A DNA stretch of 64,000 nt, taken from contig JACPJU010000001.1 in the NCBI GenBank assembly GCA_016187385.1, positions 337,144 through 401,143 of the forward strand, written 5' to 3'. The notes below the pieces were generated by a model. The model saw only the letters and a program-made list of their open reading frames with translations. It was not told the origin of the DNA and made no database searches. Below are positions 10,230 through 19,920 of the stretch, piece by piece. Made by a program: the position numbers and the translations under genes. Every line of letters starts with the position of its first letter. The stretch's first letter is position 1. The DNA is from Candidatus Aenigmatarchaeota archaeon (GTDB taxonomy: Archaea > Aenigmatarchaeota > Aenigmatarchaeia > CG10238-14 > SCSR01).

Positions 10230-10482
10230 GATGTTAGAAAAGGATTTAAATGTTAATTTGTTATCATTTGATAGGTGTAGTGAAATGAAAAGAGTTCTTG
10301 TAGGCAAGTTCAAATTGGAAGATCCTAAAGGCATGCTGGGTGTCAGTAATGTCTATGGGGAAAGTGAAAGAACAGTAATAAACGGTTATGCCGATTCTGG
10401 TATCCGTTTAATATGGGAGAAGGACGGTGAATATGCAAACGTCTACTATAAAAAAGGACACTCCCTCCAGAGATGGGACTAG
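10222..10482 (+). CDS. Hypothetical protein
   Basis: 86-aa ORF whose start overlaps the upstream gene's stop. Confidence 0.3.
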   Translation: MVEMLEKDLNVNLLSFDRCSEMKRVLVGKFKLEDPKGMLGVSNVYGESERTVINGYADSGIRLIWEKDGEYANVYYKKGHSLQRWD

Positions 10483-10495
10483 GTTTAAGGATTGA

Positions 10496-10741
10496 TTGCA
10501 GACTGATTTTATGCCGTATGCAAAATCCCCGGTAGAGCATGCTACAAGACAGTATGGAACATTGAAAGGTATGGATCCCGGCAATCCTTTGCTGGAGTGG
10601 ATGACTCTTTCCAGAAACGGTATAATGATATATCCACCAGACGATTTCCTCAAAAGATTCCATAGTGGTGACTATTACAGGGCGGTTGCGAATTGTGCGC
10701 GTGAGATGGGACGCGAAATAAGAAGGCTCGAAAGGATTTAA
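10496..10741 (+). CDS. Hypothetical protein
   Basis: 81-aa ORF, co-oriented. Confidence 0.3.
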   Translation: MQTDFMPYAKSPVEHATRQYGTLKGMDPGNPLLEWMTLSRNGIMIYPPDDFLKRFHSGDYYRAVANCAREMGREIRRLERI

Positions 10742-10764
10742 AGATTAATACCGATAAAAAATCT

Positions 10765-11196
10765 ATGCTAGTCTATCATAGGATACATGAAGATTTGAAA
10801 GACCTTCCGGAAGGCAATAAAGACACATTGGAAATTTTTGTGCCGGCTCTGGACCTAGCTCTTTATGTCGAATATCCGTACTCTTCAGGGGTCAACTTGT
10901 ACATTGGCAGTGCTCCTGTGCCATTCGCACTCAAAAAACATTCATATGAAGCTGCCAATCATAAGGGATTTTTAACGCCAGAAGGATATGAAGTATCGGG
11001 CAATGTGTCCCATGTGAATTCAGACACGTATTTTTTTGAACATTTGGAAGGAACTGATTATATAAGAGGATTGGTAGATAGGGTTGCCGGTTCCATTGAT
11101 GTCATGTATTCTGATGTGCGGTTGGATGAACTGGCTAGAAATGCACTCGGTGAAAGTTTGAACAAGCATGCCTACCGTGAACTAAGAGCAGTCTAG
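10765..11196 (+). CDS. Hypothetical protein
   Basis: 143-aa ORF, co-oriented. Confidence 0.35.
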   Translation: MLVYHRIHEDLKDLPEGNKDTLEIFVPALDLALYVEYPYSSGVNLYIGSAPVPFALKKHSYEAANHKGFLTPEGYEVSGNVSHVNSDTYFFEHLEGTDYIRGLVDRVAGSIDVMYSDVRLDELARNALGESLNKHAYRELRAV

Positions 11197-11235
11197 CATA
11201 TCGAATCTGAGATTTACAGAGAAGACACTTAAAAA

Positions 11236-12024
11236 TTGAATCCAATTAAAGTTGATTATATGGACAGAGCCAACCTGCATGGGAAATTAAAAACCAGATA
11301 TTGGTCATGGCTTGGTGAAAACTGGCAGAGAATAGACGACTATAGAAGGGCGGGAAACACTGGAATGTCAATGCATCCCGCATACGGAATTGGCACAACC
11401 CGCTTTACAGATCCTACACAATTTACAAAGGAATTTGAAAGATACCTTAATACACCAGATGCGATACGGAATTCCGCCAAGGCCATTGCCGAGCTGGAAA
11501 AAATAAAACCAGACGATTATCTGGTCCTTAGCCTTGTAGCAACAGGGCATTCAAGCGATATGATAGGAGAGGAACTTATCAAAATAGGATTTGGTAAAAG
11601 CAATTCAAATGTGCAGAAGAGGAAAAAAAGAGTATTTGAATATCTGTTTTCCCGTCTTCCAAACGGGTTTACATGGTCATTAGAAAACGCTGGTATCATA
11701 GACTCGGATAGTAGACGTGTATATGATGAACGCAGAGGACGCCTCCATACCGAGAACACCAACAATCCGACAAGAGATACAAAAGAACTGAAAAGAGAAA
11801 TGCTTGATCTTTATAGACCAGAATACCTTTCATGGATATTGCGTCTGGACAATATGCCTGACAAGGGCGATACACCTGATAAGGAAATTTTTGAGAGAAG
11901 GTGGCCGAGAGGCACACCAGAAGGCGATGCTTTCAGACACTTTGGGTATCTGGCCGGCAAATATAAGAAACGCATGAAAATCGGCTCTTATGATGAAATG
12001 GCACGGTATCTAGGACTTCGCTAA
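11236..12024 (+). CDS. Hypothetical protein with a sigma-70 region-4/LuxR-like HTH segment
   Basis: 262 aa. DYLVLSLVATGHSSDMIGEELIKIGFGKSNSNVQKRKKRVFEYLFSRL resembles an ECF-sigma region 4 HTH. Confidence 0.35.
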   Translation: MNPIKVDYMDRANLHGKLKTRYWSWLGENWQRIDDYRRAGNTGMSMHPAYGIGTTRFTDPTQFTKEFERYLNTPDAIRNSAKAIAELEKIKPDDYLVLSLVATGHSSDMIGEELIKIGFGKSNSNVQKRKKRVFEYLFSRLPNGFTWSLENAGIIDSDSRRVYDERRGRLHTENTNNPTRDTKELKREMLDLYRPEYLSWILRLDNMPDKGDTPDKEIFERRWPRGTPEGDAFRHFGYLAGKYKKRMKIGSYDEMARYLGLR

Positions 12025-12220
12025 TGATATTCTCTGTTTTAGAATTACTGATAATGTCTATCTCTGAGGAATTAACGGCGTGCCATCACTTTTTTGGCCA
12101 TCTTCCACGCGATAGATTTAAATATGTGCTACATAATACATATTAGCGAGTAAGTCCTCCCGAAAGGATGATGGCACCTTGAGGTGTATGGGAGCGAGTA
12201 GGGAAGGGTTCGCATTATTC

Positions 12221-12841
12221 TTATTTAAACAATTCTTTGATTGTTTTGATTTTAGGTTCGATAATTGCATAATATCTATCGTCATTTCTCTCATATTTAT
12301 TGAAAATTGCGCCTGCAATAAAATCAACGGCTTGTAGGCATCTTTCAGACACCGAATCTTTATGTTCAACTTCTATCTTTACAGTTTTCTTGATAAACTC
12401 GCTTAATTTTCCTTTGATATACTGGTTGTAATCTTCTCTGCTTTCCTTTGAAAGAAACTTGTCCAAAATGACTACTAATTGTCGCTCTTCCGGAGATGTT
12501 ACTATTTTATCCATTAAGAATCCAGTGATGTAATTGTAAATTTTGTTTCTATGATCCTTTAGGTAGTCATACACGCGGTGTTTTTTCAATATTATTCCGT
12601 GAATTTCTATGTCCTTTGAACTGATGCACCCCAAGAGATACTTTCTGACGGCATCATCTGATTTGTTGAACTTCAGTTCCGGCACGTCCCTGAGTTTTCT
12701 TTTCAATTTAGTATTTCTCGTACGTTTGACACAGTTTTCTATTTGCTTTTCGTTTTTCGCTATGAGTAAGCCTATAACAAAGTATTTGGAACTCTTTTGT
12801 GTAAACCCAAGATCCCCAGATTCATCTAAAAATATCCTCAT
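12221..12841 (-). CDS. DUF3800 domain protein
   Basis: The N-terminus MRIFLDESGDLG matches the DUF3800 start signature. It lies in a defence-like neighbourhood. Confidence 0.65.
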   Translation of the reverse strand: MRIFLDESGDLGFTQKSSKYFVIGLLIAKNEKQIENCVKRTRNTKLKRKLRDVPELKFNKSDDAVRKYLLGCISSKDIEIHGIILKKHRVYDYLKDHRNKIYNYITGFLMDKIVTSPEERQLVVILDKFLSKESREDYNQYIKGKLSEFIKKTVKIEVEHKDSVSERCLQAVDFIAGAIFNKYERNDDRYYAIIEPKIKTIKELFK

Positions 12842-13107
12842 AATTTTATATAGACTGGTTAATTATTCTCTTTTTAAGGTGGTTTGTACCGATTGCGGAT
12901 TCTGCACATCCTTGTTCTTCTCCATCATCTCCCTTATCGCAACCAGCTCCGAGTGTATCAAAGCCAGTGACTGGAGGATGTCGTAGAAATAATCGGTCTG
13001 TGTGTTGGTTTCCATGATCAGATCGATCGTTTGGGAGGATATAAAGGTTGATGGTCTTAGTCTCACAAGAGTTTGATTAATTTTAAGGTTATCTAGCCAA
13101 GTATATT

Positions 13108-15750
13108 TTGATGCATCTTACGAAAGAAGAAGCCAAACTTAAAATCAGAGACCTTGTTCAGAATTATTACAATAACAAGGACAAATTGAGTAAAGACAGT
13201 GAAACCGATACAAGAGTAAAATTTATTGACAGGATGTTTGAAGCTTTGGGATGGGATGTTTTTGGTAGCACTGTATCAGACGAGGTTTTACGTGAAGTAG
13301 GAATACAAGAGAAAGAAGGCAGAAAGAAAAAGGCCGACTACACCTTCAAGATAAACGGCATATCAAGATTCGTAGTAGAAGCAAAGAGCATGGGTGAAAG
13401 TGTTTTCGATCCAGTGTTCATTGTTCAGGCTATTAATTATGCATACAACAAGGCATGCTCTTGGGCCGTGTTGACTAACTTTCACAAACTTGCGATTTAT
13501 TATATTGACAGAAATGTGAACACACCATTTTACAAAATCGATTTTGGCGATATGTCAGCCTTTGATCAGAATTTCGAAATACTATGGTATCTCTCGAAAG
13601 AAAATGTAATTAATAATCTCCTCGAAACAGAAGCGAAAAGAAGAGGACTGAAGAGCGACAAAGTTCCGATAGACAAACAACTTCTGAATGACTTAAAGAT
13701 ATGGAGAGGGCTTTTGTCAAATGACATCAGAAAAAGGTACAAAGATTATGAATCCTACGTGATTGACGAGATAGTCCAGAGGATAATTGATAGGTTAATT
13801 TTCATCAGAAAAACTGAAGACGGGAAGCTGGAAGAACCAAAGCTCGACCAGATAATCAGAAGGCACAATGACAACACCTACGGTGAGATAAAGAAACTTT
13901 TTGCCGAATATAGGGATAAATACGACAGCAAATTATTCGAAGAAGATAGAAAAACACTTCATGAATCCGATAAGATTGAGATATCAAATGATGCCATTGA
14001 AAGTGTGGTTCGTGGCATGTATAGAACAAGAAATATTGACATAGAATACGATTTCTCTGCAATAGATTCGGATATACTTGGAAATATCTACGAACAGTAT
14101 CTCGCTTACGTGCTTTCGCAGACCGAGAAAAAAGTTAAATTGAAAGGCGGTATTTCACATAGGAAGGAACAAGGGATATATTACACACCGACTTACATTG
14201 TAGACTACATCGTGAAAAATACTTTGGGTGAAACCCTTAAGAAAATGAAATTGAAGGATGTAAATAAATTAAGAGTGTTGGATCCGGCATGCGGTTCCGG
14301 TAGTTTCCTAATCAAAGCTTTCGATGTTTTGAACGATTATTATGCAAGAAGTGATGAGAACTATCAGCAGACGAAATTGGATTTGTCTAATGGAACAACA
14401 TTCAGCAAAAAGGTGGATATTATAACAAATAATATTTTCGGTGTTGATTTAGACCCAAAGGCGGTTGAAATCTCACAACTGAACTTATTGTTGAAGATTG
14501 CTGAAAGAGGACAGCGATTGCCAGTATTACAGAAGAATATCAAATGTGGCAACAGTTTAATTGATGATGAATCATTGGCTGGAGACAGAGCATTCAAATG
14601 GGGCATAGAGTTTTCGGATATAACCAAGAATGGTGGATTCGATGTTATTATAGGTAATCCACCTTACGGAGCTGAGCTTAGCGAAGAAGAACAAAATTAT
14701 TTAGATAAATTCTATGACATAGGGTCCACGGATACATCTATTCTTTTCATTAAAAGATCGTTCGAACTTTTAAGAGAAAATGGTAAATTAGCATTTATCG
14801 TTCCGAAAGCGTTATGCTTTGCATCTAATTATGAGGACATTAGAAATTTTATTTGGAATAATTTAGAAACAATAGTAGATTGTGGTAAGGTATGGAAAGA
14901 AGTAAAGTTAGAACAAGTCATATTCATACTTTCTAAAGGTAAAAAATTAGAACAGTATAATTCTTGCCGATTAAGAAATAGTAAAATAGAATATATTGGT
15001 AAAATCAACAAAAGTGATTCAAAACAGTTTGAATTTTTCTTGAATGGTGTTTCATCAAATGATGTAGAATTAGCTAAGAAAATCAAGTCAAAATCTATTA
15101 TGCTCAATGATATCTCAACTAATCAAAGGGGTGCTATGTTACAAAAATTTGTTTCTAAAAAAGGAAGTTTAGAAGTTATCGGCGGTGCACAAATACAAAG
15201 ATTCGGGGTTGTTGGAGTAAAAGGAAAGATAGAACCATCACGCATAGATTCCGAGCAAGCTTATGTAAAAAGCAATTCATTGTTGGTACAGAATATAGTA
15301 GCCCATATAGAAAATCCTACAGACCATATTAAAATAATAGCGTACATTCCTCAAAAGAATTATGTAATTTTAGATACTATCAATCAATTATCTATAAATA
15401 AGGAATACTCACAGAAACTTATTTGGTGCTTCCTAAATTCCAAGCTAATAAATTGGTATGCGTATAGATTTATTTTCGGCAAGGCAATAAGGACGATGCA
15501 TTTTGATAATTCGGTTACATCTCGTTTACCTATTCCTAAAGAAACCAACAGAAAAGTATTGGACGAAATTATCAGCCTATCCAACAAAATACTTTTGTTA
15601 AGCAAACGTTTGAATGAAATTAATACAAAAACAGACGAAATCCAAAAATTGGAAGAGAGCATATGCAAAATACAAAAGAATATAGATTACAAAATTTACG
15701 AACTTTATGGCTTGACTAAAGAAGAAATTGAAATTGTAGAAAACTCTTAA
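13108..15750 (+). CDS. Type IIG restriction-modification enzyme (MmeI-like: N-terminal PD-(D/E)xK endonuclease + gamma-class N6-adenine methyltransferase + TRD)
   Basis: 880 aa. An N-terminal Mrr/HsdR_N-like nuclease (D...VVEAKS) is followed by MTase motifs GIYYTPTYIVDYI, VLDPACGSGSFL (motif I) and VIIGNPPYG (motif IV, NPPY), then a C-terminal target-recognition region. Confidence 0.8.
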   Translation: MMHLTKEEAKLKIRDLVQNYYNNKDKLSKDSETDTRVKFIDRMFEALGWDVFGSTVSDEVLREVGIQEKEGRKKKADYTFKINGISRFVVEAKSMGESVFDPVFIVQAINYAYNKACSWAVLTNFHKLAIYYIDRNVNTPFYKIDFGDMSAFDQNFEILWYLSKENVINNLLETEAKRRGLKSDKVPIDKQLLNDLKIWRGLLSNDIRKRYKDYESYVIDEIVQRIIDRLIFIRKTEDGKLEEPKLDQIIRRHNDNTYGEIKKLFAEYRDKYDSKLFEEDRKTLHESDKIEISNDAIESVVRGMYRTRNIDIEYDFSAIDSDILGNIYEQYLAYVLSQTEKKVKLKGGISHRKEQGIYYTPTYIVDYIVKNTLGETLKKMKLKDVNKLRVLDPACGSGSFLIKAFDVLNDYYARSDENYQQTKLDLSNGTTFSKKVDIITNNIFGVDLDPKAVEISQLNLLLKIAERGQRLPVLQKNIKCGNSLIDDESLAGDRAFKWGIEFSDITKNGGFDVIIGNPPYGAELSEEEQNYLDKFYDIGSTDTSILFIKRSFELLRENGKLAFIVPKALCFASNYEDIRNFIWNNLETIVDCGKVWKEVKLEQVIFILSKGKKLEQYNSCRLRNSKIEYIGKINKSDSKQFEFFLNGVSSNDVELAKKIKSKSIMLNDISTNQRGAMLQKFVSKKGSLEVIGGAQIQRFGVVGVKGKIEPSRIDSEQAYVKSNSLLVQNIVAHIENPTDHIKIIAYIPQKNYVILDTINQLSINKEYSQKLIWCFLNSKLINWYAYRFIFGKAIRTMHFDNSVTSRLPIPKETNRKVLDEIISLSNKILLLSKRLNEINTKTDEIQKLEESICKIQKNIDYKIYELYGLTKEEIEIVENS

Positions 15751-15814
15751 ATATTTTATCACAAAATGGGCAACTTAGTTCTTCGTATTGACCCGACATT
15801 TTTATCAAATAATC

Positions 15815-16429
15815 TCATATTATATAAAGTTTAGTAGAAAAGTCAGCTTCAAAGGTTTCTAAAACACGTTTTTCATTATCTGTTATATTACATTGTTCAC
15901 TTGACTCTTGAAAGAAAAACAGTATAGATTTCTGAAATATTCCAAGTAAAACAGAAAAACTAGCCTTTGTGAGTGCATTTCTTATTTGACTTCCCTTATA
16001 CCCATGATCAAGTTCTATAGCCACTTTAAGCTTATCATCAAAAATAAAAGCAGCATCAGGATTCATAGGCGATTTGAAAAACTGTATACTCCTGAAACTT
16101 TCGGGTATTCGGTTGATACCCTCAACAAAAATATAGTTTCTAGCTATATCTTCTTTAACCCGAAAATCCTCACAGAACCATTTTATAACAAATTTAAAGA
16201 ATCTGTTTCTCAGTTCTGTGTCCCAAGCACCATTTTTAACACCGTCTTTCATAAGATTATCTATTGATTTTATTCTGTCTGGAATAGAATTAATGAAATT
16301 TTCAAACTGTTCATATGAAATAGAATTGTTTTCTTCGGGTTCATATTGATCTGGCATAGTACTATTTATGTAAATCATTATAAAAAAATGGATTATGGCA
16401 AAACAAAGATTGCATGTAAGAACAAGCAA
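15815..16429 (-). CDS. Hypothetical protein
   Basis: 204-aa ORF. The true start is probably the internal Met (MIYINSTMPDQ). Confidence 0.4.
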   Translation of the reverse strand: MLVLTCNLCFAIIHFFIMIYINSTMPDQYEPEENNSISYEQFENFINSIPDRIKSIDNLMKDGVKNGAWDTELRNRFFKFVIKWFCEDFRVKEDIARNYIFVEGINRIPESFRSIQFFKSPMNPDAAFIFDDKLKVAIELDHGYKGSQIRNALTKASFSVLLGIFQKSILFFFQESSEQCNITDNEKRVLETFEADFSTKLYII

Positions 16430-16706
16430 ATATGGAATAAGATTTTATGCGGGTGGGAGAAGGATAGGATTGAAAGTTAAAAATAGAAACTCATTTTTAC
16501 AAGCTGGTTTTGGTCGATATGGACCTTATGCGGCTATGGGAGTAAGACATAAAGGTACATTTGCTGGTGGAAGTGTAGGCACTCTCGGAAAAAAAGTTTG
16601 GGTCGGTCATTATGGCAATAAGTTTAGTGGTTCTATTAATCATAATCTTTCTTCAGGGAGAACTGGTGGAAGACTAAGGGTTAAAAAATTGAAATTTAGG
16701 TTTTGA
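16395..16706 (+). CDS. Glycine-rich basic hypothetical protein
   Basis: 103 aa, rich in Gly/Arg/Lys (GGRRIGLKVKNR...GGSVGTLGKK). Confidence 0.3.
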   Translation: MAKQRLHVRTSKYGIRFYAGGRRIGLKVKNRNSFLQAGFGRYGPYAAMGVRHKGTFAGGSVGTLGKKVWVGHYGNKFSGSINHNLSSGRTGGRLRVKKLKFRF

Positions 16707-16805
16707 CTAACTCTCAAACTTCTTTCTGAAACATTTCAAAATGAAGAAACAGATTTATATCTGTAAAGTACATGTCTTAGTATCCGGAAGTAATCGAATT
16801 ATGAA

Positions 16806-17054
16806 GTGACTTCAATGAAAATTGCTAAAACAGCTCCAGATGCACTAAAGGTTTTATGGGAAGATAAGTTTTTTGTCACTTATAGAAGCCAAAAAGAAAC
16901 AGAGGGTGAATTAACCAAAAGAGAATATAACTTTGGGGATGCCTTACGCAAAGCTTTAGTAGGATCCAAATTTTTATTAGTAACCGGGTCTAAAGGCGAG
17001 AGAAGGTTTATACAAAAATATCCCTATGTAATCGAGGAGAAGCCAGATGAATGA
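16806..17054 (+). CDS. Hypothetical protein (gene 1 of a 3-gene overlapping cassette)
   Basis: 82-aa ORF whose stop overlaps the next start (ATGA, translational coupling). Confidence 0.4.
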   Translation: MTSMKIAKTAPDALKVLWEDKFFVTYRSQKETEGELTKREYNFGDALRKALVGSKFLLVTGSKGERRFIQKYPYVIEEKPDE

Positions 17055-17499
17055 AAAAATACAAAAATCAATAGAAAAAGCAAAAGAAGTAGTTGAGGGG
17101 ATGAAGCTTGAAGAACCCTATAAATCTCTAACTTATTCCAAACTCCTAGAAAAATTCCTTATGGAGGAAGACACATTAATAAAACATCCAAATGTTTCTC
17201 AAGCAGGTCAGATATCATTTGTACAACTTGTTAATAAAATTAAACCTAAAAATAATCATGAAAAAGTTATTTCTATAGGGTATCATTTAATAAAAAATGA
17301 AGGACGAAATTTTTCATATGAAGATATAGATAAATTTTATATGAAAGTTGCTTGGAAACGTCATGTAAATCCAAGTGAGCTTATTCGACAATTAAAACAA
17401 AAAGGTTTTGTAGAAGAATCCGAAAATAAAGAAACCGGTAAAAAAGAATTTAGAATCTTAGAGGACAGTATAAATTTAGTTGAAGAAAGATTAGAATGA
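17047..17499 (+). CDS. Hypothetical protein (gene 2 of the cassette), possible C-terminal wHTH
   Basis: 150 aa. Start and stop overlap both neighbours. Confidence 0.45.
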   Translation: MNEKIQKSIEKAKEVVEGMKLEEPYKSLTYSKLLEKFLMEEDTLIKHPNVSQAGQISFVQLVNKIKPKNNHEKVISIGYHLIKNEGRNFSYEDIDKFYMKVAWKRHVNPSELIRQLKQKGFVEESENKETGKKEFRILEDSINLVEERLE

Positions 17500-18233
17500 A
17501 AACATATTCAGAACTATTAAGAACAGATTTGGAAAATTTAAGAAACATTTTAAAGCAACGTAAAAAATATCCATCGAATAGCTCGTACAAGGAAAGAGAG
17601 CGTAGTGTTAAGTTAGAATTGGATAAAGATACAAAGTCTCTATTGAAATTCTTGAATACCAATTATTCTAGACAATTCTTGGAAGAAAAAAGTAAATTAA
17701 CTGACACGCTCAATAATTTATTGAGCAGTGGGGATATAGATGAGAGATTCGGCAAAATAGATGAAACATTTTCATTATTGAACAGTCTTGATGTAGAAGT
17801 AGGGCCGTTAATAACCGAATCAAGTTTTGAAATACCAGAAATTCCTAATATAGAAGTAAAGCTCGATGTAGAAGAAGCCAAAATGAATCTCAATAATAAT
17901 TCGTTTGTATCTAGTTTAGTAATGTCCAGGAGAGCATATGAAGGAGCTTTATTAGAACTATTTAAAAAAATCGAAGGAAGAGATCCTATAGAACTCAAAT
18001 GTGAAAAATGTGGCAGAGGAGGTTATATGGGTATTATTAAGCTACACAATTGGGCACTTGAAAAAAGGTTTGTTAATGAGAAACTTAAATCTCTAGGATA
18101 TTTAATAAGCGATTTAGGAGCAGGTGGTGCACATCCACCGTTACAAGATTTTCCACGCGATAAGGGCATAGCAAGAGCATCGTTAGCAGCTTTGCTTGCA
18201 GTCCTAGACTTTATATATAAAAAATCCGAATGA
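17496..18233 (+). CDS. Hypothetical protein (gene 3 of the cassette) with CxxC and a Gly-rich C-terminal motif
   Basis: 245 aa, containing KCEKCGRGG and LISDLGAGGAHPP. No confident family assignment. Confidence 0.45.
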   Translation: MKTYSELLRTDLENLRNILKQRKKYPSNSSYKERERSVKLELDKDTKSLLKFLNTNYSRQFLEEKSKLTDTLNNLLSSGDIDERFGKIDETFSLLNSLDVEVGPLITESSFEIPEIPNIEVKLDVEEAKMNLNNNSFVSSLVMSRRAYEGALLELFKKIEGRDPIELKCEKCGRGGYMGIIKLHNWALEKRFVNEKLKSLGYLISDLGAGGAHPPLQDFPRDKGIARASLAALLAVLDFIYKKSE

Positions 18234-18544
18234 GACACAAGAGATAACTAATATTTTCTCTAATGCGGTCACACGATTTAGGCGACTACATTTCATAATG
18301 TTTGTGGTCACCTTAGGAAGTTTCTCAATTCTCTATATTCTTTCATAATTAGAGTAATCATAGGTCGTATGTTTCTATTGTTTTGGTATGATTTCAAAGC
18401 TTTGTAATAGCTTCTTCTACGCTTGAATTCTATGTTAACCGGCGGTAATTTGTGTTTAGTCAGTACATTGTTAAACCATATCATCAGTAAGTACTTAGGT
18501 ACTTAAGTACAAAAGTATTTAAGTGCACTTTCTCAAATAGAATT

Positions 18545-18853
18545 ATGGCAATCTTAAAAGTCAACATTTCCAGCGAACTGGAGAAAAGGTTCAGGGAGAC
18601 TGCTATGAAAAAATACGGTTATGTCAGAGGTGCATTGAGTTTAGCCGCGCAAAAAGCGTTAGAACATTGGACATATGAAGAATTCAGCAGGGAAAAGGCC
18701 AAAGAAATTGCTAAAAAACACACCAAGGATCCTGTAGATGAGATAGAGGGTTTATTATCACACGTAAAAGGCAAGACTTCAGTGGAATTACAGCATGAGG
18801 CTGGTAGGTACAGAACAGAAATGGCATTAAGCTATTTGAAAAAAAGAAAATAG
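18545..18853 (+). CDS. VapB-like antitoxin
   Basis: 102 aa, immediately upstream of and abutting a PIN gene. It is homologous to the 19910..20155 product (ELEKRFRETAMKKYGYVRGALS vs VEERFRKLAGATYGRHKGYLG). Confidence 0.55.
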   Translation: MAILKVNISSELEKRFRETAMKKYGYVRGALSLAAQKALEHWTYEEFSREKAKEIAKKHTKDPVDEIEGLLSHVKGKTSVELQHEAGRYRTEMALSYLKKRK

Positions 18854-19282
18854 GTGACAATCTTGTACTTTATAGATACAAACATTTTTCTAGAAGTGGA
18901 ATTAAAACAAAAAAGAGTCGAAGAAAGCAAAGAATTTCTAAGGAAGGTATTAACCGGGGATATAAAAGCTTTTACAAGCGATTTTAATTTGGACTCTGTA
19001 GCTATTGTCATGAATGCAAAGAAATGCAGGCCTCAAGACATAATTAATTTTTTGTTAAAAATAATGAGTTACGAAGGTTTAACCATTTACTCATTAAATA
19101 TGCTTGATAGATTAGTGGCTGCCAAATATATGCGAGATTACAAGTTAACATTTGACGATGCAGTGACTTATTTCGTTACAAAAAGTCTTGGTATTAATGA
19201 ACTGGTATCTTTCGATTCGAAAGATTTCAAAGGACTGCCAGGAATAAAAACACTGGATCCTATCGATGTTTTGAAGAGGTGA
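18854..19282 (+). CDS. vapC: PIN-domain ribonuclease toxin (VapC)
   Basis: 142 aa with the N-terminal YFIDTNIFLE PIN signature and conserved acidic residues. Confidence 0.75.
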   Translation: MTILYFIDTNIFLEVELKQKRVEESKEFLRKVLTGDIKAFTSDFNLDSVAIVMNAKKCRPQDIINFLLKIMSYEGLTIYSLNMLDRLVAAKYMRDYKLTFDDAVTYFVTKSLGINELVSFDSKDFKGLPGIKTLDPIDVLKR

Positions 19283-19286
19283 GTGA

Positions 19287-19418
19287 ATGAAAAGAAGATT
19301 AACAAAAGAAGAGGTTAGAAAGGAAATCGAGAAGGTAGAAAGAATAGCGAAGATGGTCGGCAAGAAAATGCCTAAAGGAAAGACTTCAGTAGATGTAATC
19401 AGAGAGCAGAGAAGATAG
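19287..19418 (+). CDS. Small basic protein (43 aa)
   Basis: Not in the ORF track. The strong SD GAGGTGA sits 4 nt upstream of the ATG, which overlaps the vapC stop. Translation is MKRRLTKEEVRKEIEKVERIAKMVGKKMPKGKTSVDVIREQRR. Confidence 0.3.
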   Translation: MKRRLTKEEVRKEIEKVERIAKMVGKKMPKGKTSVDVIREQRR

Positions 19419-19479
19419 AAAGTGAGAGTTCAGGAACGACTATCATTCATTTTCTTCATCTTTATTATTTCCCGGTTTT

Positions 19480-19920
19480 TTAGAATTTTTCTTTAAAAGG
19501 ATTCACAACTTTTATTCCAGGAATTTTCTTAAAGTCCTTCTCATTCTCTGTGTATATAGTTTCTATGCCATTTTCTTTCATAGTTTCGGCTATCAAAGAA
19601 TCCCAAAATTCAGTTTTGTTTACTTTTGAAGTAGACATTGCAGACTTTACTGTACCTTCCGTATAGTTTATTCTGATCCAGTTAGAAGATTCTACAAATT
19701 TATCAACCAGGCTTTCAGCAACTTCTTTCGAAAGAGGTATTTTCATTTTAGTAGTAAGCACAGAAAATAATTCAGCCAAAACTTGGTTAGATATAACACC
19801 TTTAGATTCACCACTAAAAACATTTTCAACTAGTGATTTGCATATGTTTCCCTTTTCTGTTTCAGATTCGTCGTAAGCATAGACAAGAATTGTGGTGTCG
19901 TAGAATAGTTCATCGTTCAT
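19480..19920 (-). CDS. vapC: PIN-domain ribonuclease toxin (VapC)
   Basis: 146 aa with the N-terminal YDTTILVYAYD PIN signature. Confidence 0.75.
   Translation of the reverse strand: MNDELFYDTTILVYAYDESETEKGNICKSLVENVFSGESKGVISNQVLAELFSVLTTKMKIPLSKEVAESLVDKFVESSNWIRINYTEGTVKSAMSTSKVNKTEFWDSLIAETMKENGIETIYTENEKDFKKIPGIKVVNPFKEKF

Noticed and set aside
12863-13066. 67-aa minus-strand ORF between DUF3800 and the RM gene, considered as an RM controller (C) protein
   Set aside because: It is on the opposite strand to the RM gene and has no HTH-like sequence. It is probably spurious or unrelated.
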